DNA of 64,000 nt. Origin: Chthoniobacter flavus. GTDB lineage: Bacteria; Verrucomicrobiota; Verrucomicrobiia; Chthoniobacterales; JACTMZ01. A program made the translations under genes and the position numbers. Of this stretch, positions 29,704 through 37,863 are shown in pieces (positions within the stretch are counted from its first letter, which is position 1; the number at the start of each line of letters is the position of its first letter). The notes below the pieces were generated by a model. It saw only the letters and a program-made list of their open reading frames with translations. It did not search any database and was not told where the DNA came from. The stretch is taken from NCBI GenBank assembly GCA_945871065.1, contig CAMBUL010000004.1, forward strand, positions 7,847 to 71,846, read 5' to 3'.

Positions 29704-30177
29704 TCACATCAATCTAACCGGGACAAAAAATTGCAGCGTCCCCGCACCCGTAGCCAGACCTCCTGAGGCGTCGAGACACATCAGCAACGCTTTGCGCACC
29801 CTCAAGGACTGCACGCTTTGCATGCCGAGCAAGGCTGCGGCCAGACCACCGAGGTCCGGTTGGTGGCCCACCAACATCACGGAGGGAAGCTTCGCGTAAG
29901 CCTTCAGCTCATCCATCGCCGCCCAAGGGTCCATCCCGCACTTCGCCCATGGCACTTCGACCAGTTCGGCCTCGGGTAAACTTTTCGCGACCAACTTCGC
30001 CGTCTGCACGGCGCGCGTGACCGGACTCGATAAAATAACCGCCGGCTCGATGCCTTGCCGCCGGCAAAATTTCCCGACCCGCAAAGCCTGCTCGTCGCCC
30101 TTCGGCGTGAGCCGGCGCGCCTGATCACTCGCGGCGAGCATCTCGGCTTCCGCGTGCCGGAGGAGATAAATCAACAT
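29704..30177 (-). CDS. sixA: Phosphohistidine phosphatase SixA
   Basis: MLIYLLRHAEAE... (RHG motif) and MLVGHQPDLG; 157 aa. Confidence 0.8.
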   Translation of the reverse strand: MLIYLLRHAEAEMLAASDQARRLTPKGDEQALRVGKFCRRQGIEPAVILSSPVTRAVQTAKLVAKSLPEAELVEVPWAKCGMDPWAAMDELKAYAKLPSVMLVGHQPDLGGLAAALLGMQSVQSLRVRKALLMCLDASGGLATGAGTLQFFVPVRLM

Positions 30178-30180
30178 GGC

Positions 30181-30930
30181 CTACATCACCATCCCGCCAT
30201 CCACCACCAGCGTCTGACCTGTCACGTAGCCCGCCTCGGCCCCGGCAAGAAAGGCCACCGCCGCGGCGATGTCCTCCGGCACGCCGAAGCGACCCAGCGG
30301 GATGCGCCCGACGACGGCAGTGCGGATGTTTTCGGGCAGCACGTTGGTCATGTCCGTCTCGATAAAGCCCGGAGCCACGGCGTTGACCGTAATCCCGCGG
30401 CCGGACAACTCCCGCGCGATGGTTTTGGTCAGGCCGATGAGACCTGCCTTGCTCGCCGCGTAGTTGGCTTGGCCCGCATTCCCCATAATGCCGCTGACCG
30501 AGCTGATATTGATGATCCGCCCGCTGCGCTGTTTGACCATCGGGCGTTGCACCGCGCGGATAAAGTTGAAGGCACCCTTCAGATTGGTGTCCATCACAAC
30601 GTCCCAGTCGTCGCTGCTCATGCGCATGCTCAGCCCGTCGCGCGTCACCCCGGCATTGTTGACCAAGATATCGACCTTTCCGAAATCCCGGAAAATCACA
30701 TCGGCCAATTCCTGCACCGCCGAGAAATCCGCCACGTCCACCGCGTAGGCTTTGGCCGCGCCCGGATGCGCCGTATTGATCGCCTCCGCCGTCTTGCCCG
30801 CATTGGCCTCGGTGCGGCTGATCACCGCCACCTTCGCGCCTTCGTCGGCCAACTTCTTGGCAATGGCCTCGCCGATCCCGCGACCGGCTCCCGTCACCAC
30901 CGCCACTTGTCCGTCAAATCGATTGCTCAT
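30181..30930 (-). CDS. fabG: 3-oxoacyl-ACP reductase (SDR)
   Basis: Start at Met 30930. VAVVTGAGRGIGEAIAKKLADEGAKV, NNAGVT and YAASKAG motifs. The upstream part of the listed ORF was rejected. Confidence 0.85.
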   Translation of the reverse strand: MSNRFDGQVAVVTGAGRGIGEAIAKKLADEGAKVAVISRTEANAGKTAEAINTAHPGAAKAYAVDVADFSAVQELADVIFRDFGKVDILVNNAGVTRDGLSMRMSSDDWDVVMDTNLKGAFNFIRAVQRPMVKQRSGRIINISSVSGIMGNAGQANYAASKAGLIGLTKTIARELSGRGITVNAVAPGFIETDMTNVLPENIRTAVVGRIPLGRFGVPEDIAAAVAFLAGAEAGYVTGQTLVVDGGMVM

Positions 30931-31081
30931 CAAGAGCCATAAAACACCATCCGCCCCCAACCGCGCAAACCCTAACCGTCCTACTGAGCGCCCGGGCTGC
31001 CGTCTCCGATCATGCGCAAATCCGTTGCTTCCACCCGCCCGCTGCGAAAGACTCCGGCAACCCTTTCCGTCACTCACCGCA

Positions 31082-31102
31082 TACTGAACACTGAATACTG
31101 AA
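31082..31102 (+). repeat. Three tandem heptamers YACTGAA immediately upstream of the permease start
   Basis: TACTGAA CACTGAA TACTGAA, ending 9 nt before ATG 31112. Confidence 0.7.
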
Positions 31103-31111
31103 AACTTAAGT

Positions 31112-32398
31112 ATGACCAAACCCTTCAGCCTTTTCCTCGCCCTGCGCTACCTTCGCCCGAAGCGTACCTTCCTCAGCCTGATCACGGTTATTTCGATTCT
31201 CGGTGTCACCATCGGCATCATGGTGCTCATCCTCGTTATTTCGGTCATGACCGGCTTCGAACAGGAACTGCGGCGCAAAGTCCTCGGCTTCGATGCGCAC
31301 CTCGTGGCCGGCGGTGAATCGGTCATTTTTGACTGGCCCGCCCAAGCTGCGCAGATCCGTGCGGTCGAAGGTGTCACCGGCGTAGCCCCTTTTGTCCAGG
31401 GCCCCGTGCTGGCCGAATTCATGGGGCGCCGGCTCGCCCCGAAAATTCGCGCCATCGACCCCGAGGTCGAACGTGAGGTCACCGCTCTGCAGGACTTCAT
31501 GGTCGCGGGGGAACTGAAACTCGAGGGCAATGAAACCGTTCTGGGATCCGCTCTCGCCGGCATCCTCGGCGTGGGCGTGGGCGACACCATCACCATTTAT
31601 TCGCCGGGGAACTTGAATGAGATCATTGACGGGATCAACGCCATGGAACAGGGCGGGGACAAAGCCAAAACGGCCAGCCAACTGCGCGAAATGATCCTTC
31701 CACTGGAACTCACCGTGACCGGCATCTTTTCCTCCGGACGTTACCTCTACGATTCGGAATTCCTTCTCGTGCCCTTGCACATCGGCCAGGAACTCTACGG
31801 GCTCGGCGACGGAGTTCACGGGCTCACCATCAAAACTGTCCACCCCTACGAAGCCGCCGCCATCCGGACCCGCATGGAGGGACGCATCGATCCGGCTTTG
31901 GGCGTCTCGACCTGGATGGATATGAACCGCGAACTCTTCGAGGCGATCCACATGGAGCGCAATGTCATGTTTTTCATCCTGCTCTTCATTGTCATCGTTG
32001 CCGCCTTCGGGATCATGAACACCCTGATCACCGTCACCGTGCAGAAAACGCGGGAGATCGGCATTCTCAAAGCTTTGGGCGCCCGCACCGGACAAATCAT
32101 CAGCGTCTTCGTCGGCCAAGGCATCGTGGTCGGCCTTTTTGGCACGGCCATCGGACTCGGTCTCGGCATCTGGCTGGTCCAATACCGCAACCAAGTCAGC
32201 CAGTGGCTCTCCGGCGTCCTCGGCATCGAAATTTTCCCGCAATCCATTTACCAATTCGCGGAAATTCCCGCCGAGATCGTTCCCTCCGACATCGCCATCA
32301 TCTGCGCCAGCGCCTTTGCCATCTGCACCGTCGCCGCGGTCATCCCTGCATGGTTCGCCGCCCGCATGGACCCGGTCAACGCCCTCCGCTACGAATAA
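31112..32398 (+). CDS. LolC/LolE-family lipoprotein-releasing ABC transporter permease
   Basis: MTKPFSLFLALRYLRPKRTFLSLITVISILGVTIGIMVLILV... (MacB-like/FtsX fold), 428 aa. Confidence 0.85.
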   Translation: MTKPFSLFLALRYLRPKRTFLSLITVISILGVTIGIMVLILVISVMTGFEQELRRKVLGFDAHLVAGGESVIFDWPAQAAQIRAVEGVTGVAPFVQGPVLAEFMGRRLAPKIRAIDPEVEREVTALQDFMVAGELKLEGNETVLGSALAGILGVGVGDTITIYSPGNLNEIIDGINAMEQGGDKAKTASQLREMILPLELTVTGIFSSGRYLYDSEFLLVPLHIGQELYGLGDGVHGLTIKTVHPYEAAAIRTRMEGRIDPALGVSTWMDMNRELFEAIHMERNVMFFILLFIVIVAAFGIMNTLITVTVQKTREIGILKALGARTGQIISVFVGQGIVVGLFGTAIGLGLGIWLVQYRNQVSQWLSGVLGIEIFPQSIYQFAEIPAEIVPSDIAIICASAFAICTVAAVIPAWFAARMDPVNALRYE

Positions 32399-32439
32399 TG
32401 TGATGCAGGCGGCGGGTCCAGAGGCCCCGCCCTACCTCG

Positions 32440-32985
32440 TCACCCCAGCAGAAAAAGGCCCGCCGCTCCGCCGGCCAGAATGGTCAACGCCGGATTGATC
32501 CGGGTAAGACTTAAGATCACGGCCACGGCCGCACCGATCCCGAGGGTGAGCAGATTAACATCCCAATCTTTGGCCGGATTGTAGCTCGCGGTTTTACCCA
32601 ACGCGTAACAACCGGCGAGCATAAGCCCGATGACAATAGGTGCCATTCCCCGCTGGACCGCATCGCGCCAAGGAGAACCTTCGGCTGCATCCCAGACCTT
32701 GCTGGCAAAGTAGCAAAGCAAGCAGGCGGGAAAGAAAAAAGCGACCAGCACCGCGAGCAACCCGGCCACCCCGGAGACCTCGTAGCCGATGAGCGCGACA
32801 CATGTCATGTTCGGTCCCGGGGCCAGCTGGCCGAGGCTGTAGATTTCGGCAAACTGCGTGTCGGACACCCAATGACATCTTTCCACCGTGACGTGCTCCA
32901 TTTCCGGCAGAACCGCGGTGCCGCCCCCGACCGCGAGCAACGAAAGCAGGGCAAAGACATTGATCAGCTCGACGATCTTGCTCAT
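32440..32985 (-). CDS. chrA: Short-chain chromate transporter (CHR family) subunit, second half
   Basis: Start at Met 32985. MSKIVELINVFALLSLLAVGGGTAVLPEM...FAEIYSLGQLAPGPN, about 181 aa. There is a 4-nt overlap with the upstream half. Confidence 0.75.
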   Translation of the reverse strand: MSKIVELINVFALLSLLAVGGGTAVLPEMEHVTVERCHWVSDTQFAEIYSLGQLAPGPNMTCVALIGYEVSGVAGLLAVLVAFFFPACLLCYFASKVWDAAEGSPWRDAVQRGMAPIVIGLMLAGCYALGKTASYNPAKDWDVNLLTLGIGAAVAVILSLTRINPALTILAGGAAGLFLLG

Positions 32986-33542
32986 GCCGCCTCCTTTTCC
33001 GTGCGGGGACGGTGCACCCAGATGGCCAGCGGCGCGACCGCGATCAAGGTAACGAGCAAGGAGACATGAAAAATCCCGACCAGCACAAAGACAACCACGA
33101 CGAAGAGGAGGTCCTGCGGACGGATCAATTGCTTCCACCCGATTTTCAGAGTCACCTGCACCAGCAATCCCACCGCCGCCGCCGCCACGCCGGTCAGCAC
33201 CACCGCAACCTTGGGATCATGGCGCAACGCCACGTAAGTAAATCCGAGCGCGGTGACAATGAACGCTCCGGGCAGGATCATCCCAAGGGTTGCCACCAGC
33301 GCACCCGCCGGCCCGCGCAGTTTGCGGCCGACAATCACGCTCATGTTCGTGGAGTTCAGACCGGGCAAAGTTTGCGAAATTTCCAGCGCCGCCATGAAAC
33401 CGTCCTCATCGAGCCACTTCTCTTTGTCCACCAGTGCCCGGCGCAAGTAGGCGACAATGCCGCCGCCGAAGCTGGTCACCCCGATCAAGGCAAAAACACT
33501 GAACAATTTGCTCAGGGAGATCCGCGGTGCGGCGTCATTCAT
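32982..33542 (-). CDS. chrA: Short-chain chromate transporter (CHR family) subunit, first half
   Basis: Start at Met 33542. LFSVFALIGVTSFGGGIVAYLRRALVDKEKWLDEDGFMAALEISQTLPGLNSTN, about 186 aa. Confidence 0.75.
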   Translation of the reverse strand: MNDAAPRISLSKLFSVFALIGVTSFGGGIVAYLRRALVDKEKWLDEDGFMAALEISQTLPGLNSTNMSVIVGRKLRGPAGALVATLGMILPGAFIVTALGFTYVALRHDPKVAVVLTGVAAAAVGLLVQVTLKIGWKQLIRPQDLLFVVVVFVLVGIFHVSLLVTLIAVAPLAIWVHRPRTEKEAA

Positions 33543-34407
33543 GGTTGACCACCGGCTTGTTCCCCAGTCCGTAAACCAACGCCGTCTTGGTCGTCCCGAG
33601 CAGAACCCAGTCTTGCGCCGTCTTCTGCAGCTCTTTATGGAAGGCGGCCGCTTTTTCCAACGTCCCGGCATGGACGTCGTCCGACTTGTTGAACTTACAC
33701 TGGAAAGCGAATTCCCCACAGACCGGTTGCTCCAGCTTGCGACTCCGCCAGACCGCGATCGTCGTCCTCCCCTTGTAGTGATGACCGAAATGCGCCAGGC
33801 CGACATTGACCTGCACCTCCTCGACCGCCATGTCGTTGACCAGCTCGATCGGTGCGTCCCTTCCCTCCTCAATGGCACGGAAAGCGGGAAAAGAGTGGGT
33901 GATATTTTTCAGAGCGAAGTTCATCGCCTCCCGCGGCAAAGCCAACACCGAGTTGTGCGAATAAATCGAGCGGATGTCGCCAAGACGGTCCGGGCAGGGC
34001 AGAAGTTCCTCTTTGAATTTGATCCGCGTCTGCCCGGCCAGCGCCGGACGGACATCAACCGCCGCAGCCTTGGCAAAATCCGGATGCCGGAATTTGACCG
34101 TCAGCTCCGGCGTCCCCGCCGGCCAACCGTCCTTGTAAAGCGTGCGCAACCGCACAATGAAGTGATGGCTGTAAAGGTCGAAGGCGGGCGTATCGAAGAA
34201 GAGCACCTCGCGCACCTGGTTGACAAAAGCATCATCCGACTCCTCCAGCTTCACCTCAAACTGTTTGGCCACCCGCTTGACCACCTGCCAGAAATCTTGG
34301 AAAGCCTGCGGCGTGGTGAACCGCTCCGGGTGCAAGAGAATTTTGTACTCCCGGTAGTGCAGGTCATCGTGCGGACCATTTGAAGGGTCTCCGGCGAATT
34401 CGGGCAT
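33535..34407 (-). CDS. Hypothetical protein, possibly CYTH/triphosphate-tunnel-like; translationally coupled to the split chrA pair
   Basis: ATG at 34407; the listed start 34437 is TTG. It contains a series of beta-strand-like segments with alternating charged residues (YREYKILL, FIVRLR, ELTVKFRH, RIKFKEELL, GEFAFQCKF). Its stop overlaps the chrA start by 8 nt. Confidence 0.5.
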   Translation of the reverse strand: MPEFAGDPSNGPHDDLHYREYKILLHPERFTTPQAFQDFWQVVKRVAKQFEVKLEESDDAFVNQVREVLFFDTPAFDLYSHHFIVRLRTLYKDGWPAGTPELTVKFRHPDFAKAAAVDVRPALAGQTRIKFKEELLPCPDRLGDIRSIYSHNSVLALPREAMNFALKNITHSFPAFRAIEEGRDAPIELVNDMAVEEVQVNVGLAHFGHHYKGRTTIAVWRSRKLEQPVCGEFAFQCKFNKSDDVHAGTLEKAAAFHKELQKTAQDWVLLGTTKTALVYGLGNKPVVNHE

Positions 34408-34481
34408 ACCAGCCAATAAACCACTGCACCCTGCCAAAATCCACTCCCGTTATCGCCTCCTCTACGGCCCATCCCCTTTCC

Positions 34482-34904
34482 TCACCAGCCGGACAACTCG
34501 TCATCGGGACGCACAATTTCCAAACCCGGAATATGATCGAAATGACGGTCATCGGTCAGCACGGCCGCCCCGCCCGCTTGGGCGCAAGCCGCGATCAAGC
34601 AATCCTGCGACGGTAGCGTGATGCCGTCCTGAGCAAAGACAGTTTTCCAGTCTGCCGCGTTGGTCGAGACTTCAATCTTCAGACGATCAAAGGGCCGATC
34701 GCGAAACTCTCCGGTGCGGTCCCGACCCAGTTTGCATCGGCCAACTTCCACCACACGGCCCAGGTCAATTTCAAAGGCAGCGTCCGGGTCTAATGGAATC
34801 CAGGAACTCGCGTTGCCGTATTCTCCATCGTTGAGGCCACCTGCCCTATGATTCGGTTCCGTCCGCTCGGAGGTAGCCGTAGCCGGGGAGGCTCCATTGC
34901 CCAC
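34482..34904 (-). pseudogene. Chimeric remnant: discoidin (F5/8 type C)-like fragment fused in frame to a PIN-domain C-terminal fragment
   Basis: NDGEYGNASSWIPLDPDAAFEIDLGRVVEV...LKIEVSTNAADWKTV is discoidin-like. It is followed by CLIAACAQAGGAAVLTDDRHFDHIPGLEIV, a VapC C-terminal pattern. Neither domain is complete. Confidence 0.45.
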
Positions 34905-34945
34905 GAAGGCCAGGTTTTCCGGATCGGCGGCCGTCTCCGCAATCG

Positions 34946-35242
34946 TTGCCAGCAGCTTGGCGTCATCGTCCGAATCGCGGCCGCGATTGTCGAGCAGGCC
35001 CCGCCACGGGCGAAGGGGCCGCGTTCGTCTTCCGCCGCCCGGAGTCGCCGTATTATGGCTACCAGTTGAATCTCCGCGGCATCGACCCCGCCGCCGACTA
35101 CGAGGTGACCGAGGCCCGCACGTATTCCCCGGATAAGCCCCGCCGCATCAAGGGCGCGGAGCTCCAGCGCTACCGCGCCAGCATCGACGAGCTTCCCGGC
35201 TCGCTGCTCATCGAATACAAAAAGCTGCCAACCGAAAAATGA
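34946..35242 (+). pseudogene. C-terminal remnant of a glycoside hydrolase (beta-sandwich tail of GH36/GH31-like type)
   Basis: GAAFVFRRPESPYYGYQLNLRGIDPAADYEVTEARTY...IKGAELQRYRASIDELPGSLLIEYKKL resembles the last domain of alpha-galactosidase-type enzymes. No catalytic domain lies upstream. Confidence 0.35.
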
Positions 35243-37752
35243 AAACCTTAACCTCCTTCCTCTGCCTCATTTCCTCCTGCACGTTTTGCCTGGCTGAGAA
35301 CCGGATTTCCAACGGGGACTTCGAAAATCTGGTCGGAGCCGGTAGTTGTGTGCTTGCCAATCACATCAGGCTGGATGTCCACAGCGGCTGGAGATGCTTC
35401 ACTACGAAGGTGGAAGCTCGCAAGGTCGCTTTCGAGCTTGTTGATTCCAAGGGGGCTAATGCTTTAAAAATCGAAATGACCTCCAATCCGGGCGGCGGAA
35501 CGGGCGGGAGGATCGGCATCGATCTCGACCATAACAAGGTGCCCGCAAGTCCGGGTGACCGCCTTTCATTGAAATTCAAGGCCGGGTTAAGCACTCCGAA
35601 ATCCTGCGCCGTTATGGTGACCATGGCTGCCCACCAGGCGGACGGAAGCCCAGTGTCCCAGAAAATCGAGATATTTGAGTTGGAGCGCGGGATGGCAGAC
35701 CATGAATTTTCGGAGTGGACAGTGCCGGAAGGTGCCTCGGAATTGAATCTGGTTTTCAATCTGGTCGAAAGCGGCCGGAAAGTTGGCATGGATACCCAGC
35801 CCATGAATCCCTGTGGCTTTGTCATCGATGACATCGTCTTGGAGAAGGCGAAGTTATTGGCGAACGGATCCACCGTAGATGCGGCCCGACCGATATATCG
35901 ATTCGATGTGTCGGTCTTGAACCACTTTGATTTTGCCGATCCGGCTGCCACGCGGAAAGCCTGGGATACCCTTCACACCGCCGTTTCGGTGCAAGGAATT
36001 GTAAACCGCGACGAGGCGAACCTATTTCTCAGGCACATGCCGAAATCGGACGATTTCTGGTGGAACTATCTCCGTGGAGAAAACCAGTGGCTCCACGACC
36101 GCCCGGTGGTCGAGCTGCACAGTCTGGCGGAGGTCTTGCAAACATTCGCTCCAAAGCTAAAGGGCGTCGTGTTGTATGATCCCAATGTTCTCGCAACTTC
36201 CTCGGTTGCCAGCACAATCTCCGGGGTCGAGGACCGGATGGCGCTTCGCCATGACCCCTCGCCGGACTCCGTTTTCACGCAGTTGTCGAAGCTGCCGGAA
36301 TTTCCCAAGGATGTGCTGCGGCTGTTCCGGCCGGATGGCTCCCCGATGTTCACCGGGAAGGGGAAAATCCCGGACACGGATCTTGCATCGACCGGCAGCG
36401 CGAAGAATGACGCCTACCTTTGGGCAAAGGCGCGGTATCTGGATGCGGGCAGGTGCAGCCGCCAATACCTTGCCTATTACTTGGACAGCTACTGGCTTCA
36501 AAACCCCGCGCCGCCGAGCCAGGGGCCGAATCAGGGACTCTCCAACACAACGCTCGGGAATCACGATTTTTTTATCAGCCAGCGCGCATTTTTCTTCGAC
36601 CTCGGCGTCTGGCCGGAAGAGTCGCCCAATGACGATCCCGATCAAAAGCCCGGGACGGATGTGCGGACTCTCAAGGCGATTCTGAAATCCATGGCGGGGC
36701 AGAGCGGCGGCGATATGTTCATCGTGGGCGGCATGGTGCCTTGGCTGTGGAAATACTGCGGGCCCGTGCCGGGCTGGGCGGGTTCCGGCGGCAATCATCA
36801 TCCCGTGCACAGCGAATGGGAATTCGCGCGTCTCATGTCCGCTTACAATGGCATCATGGATGCCGACGCGATGGGGGGAATGGCGAACGCGAGCTTCTAT
36901 CAGCACTTCCCGCTCAAAGATCGCTACCCGCAGCAGAAGAAGCCTACGGTTGAAGACTTGAAGCAGAAAGGATTCATATTGCCCGACGGATCGATACGCC
37001 CCGATGTCTATGTGTCAATATTCATGGGCGATTACGATGCCGCCTCTTGGTTCAACCAGTATATTCCAAAATGGTGGGCGGATCCCCAGCACGGCAAGGT
37101 AACGTGCAACTGGGGATTCAACCCCGTCCTCGACCGCCGGGCCCCGCATGTCGTGGACTACGTGCGCACCCATGCGTCTGCGACGGACTGGTTTATCAGC
37201 GGCGATTGCGGCAGCGGCTACCTGAACCCCGGGATGCTGAGCGCGCCGCGACTCGATCCTTCGGTTGGTGATGGGTGGGAGGCCTGGATCAAACTCAATA
37301 AAGAGTATTTTAAGCGCTACGACCTGAGCATCACGGGTTTCATCATCGAGGGGTTCGGTCCGGCGATGGGGAAACGCGGATGGGATGCCTACAAGACGTT
37401 GTCGCCTGACGGGCTCATGATCCTGAGCTTTGACCCGTCTTTCGGTCTGGTAGGGCTGCATGACGGCACCATGCCATATACCCGTCATCGCATGGATCTC
37501 GATGGGGCACCCGCGCAAGCCGCAGCAGATCTGATCAAAAAAATCGAAAAGGAAAAAGACCAGTTCACCGCGGGAGGACCGCAATTCCTCATGCCGAGAA
37601 CTGTTTTGAAAAGCCCGACGTGGCTCGCCGAGACCATCGCGGCCACGATGGCCACACCCGGCGGGGAACGCATCTCCTTCCTAGATGCCTACAGCTTTTA
37701 CCTGCTGCTGAAAACTGACCAGGCCAACAGAAACCCGAAGCCCGACAAGTGA
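35239..37752 (+). CDS. Secreted GxGYxYP-like putative glycoside hydrolase with an N-terminal CBM-like domain (paralog 1)
   Basis: Signal peptide, then NGDFENL... (CBM4/9-like start). It shares blocks with 39922..42306 (VQGIVNRDE, TGSAKNDAYLWAK, YLAYYLDSYWL) and carries the motif SGDCGSGYLNPG, close to GxGYxYP. Confidence 0.6.
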   Translation: MKTLTSFLCLISSCTFCLAENRISNGDFENLVGAGSCVLANHIRLDVHSGWRCFTTKVEARKVAFELVDSKGANALKIEMTSNPGGGTGGRIGIDLDHNKVPASPGDRLSLKFKAGLSTPKSCAVMVTMAAHQADGSPVSQKIEIFELERGMADHEFSEWTVPEGASELNLVFNLVESGRKVGMDTQPMNPCGFVIDDIVLEKAKLLANGSTVDAARPIYRFDVSVLNHFDFADPAATRKAWDTLHTAVSVQGIVNRDEANLFLRHMPKSDDFWWNYLRGENQWLHDRPVVELHSLAEVLQTFAPKLKGVVLYDPNVLATSSVASTISGVEDRMALRHDPSPDSVFTQLSKLPEFPKDVLRLFRPDGSPMFTGKGKIPDTDLASTGSAKNDAYLWAKARYLDAGRCSRQYLAYYLDSYWLQNPAPPSQGPNQGLSNTTLGNHDFFISQRAFFFDLGVWPEESPNDDPDQKPGTDVRTLKAILKSMAGQSGGDMFIVGGMVPWLWKYCGPVPGWAGSGGNHHPVHSEWEFARLMSAYNGIMDADAMGGMANASFYQHFPLKDRYPQQKKPTVEDLKQKGFILPDGSIRPDVYVSIFMGDYDAASWFNQYIPKWWADPQHGKVTCNWGFNPVLDRRAPHVVDYVRTHASATDWFISGDCGSGYLNPGMLSAPRLDPSVGDGWEAWIKLNKEYFKRYDLSITGFIIEGFGPAMGKRGWDAYKTLSPDGLMILSFDPSFGLVGLHDGTMPYTRHRMDLDGAPAQAAADLIKKIEKEKDQFTAGGPQFLMPRTVLKSPTWLAETIAATMATPGGERISFLDAYSFYLLLKTDQANRNPKPDK

Positions 37753-37863
37753 AAATCTGCCATGAGAAAAATCCGATCCGGGAGTGAGGCATTTGGTGAA
37801 CCCGTCCCGCTAAACCCAGACACATCGTCACTCCCTGCCTGAACTGATCTCACCAATATACCT

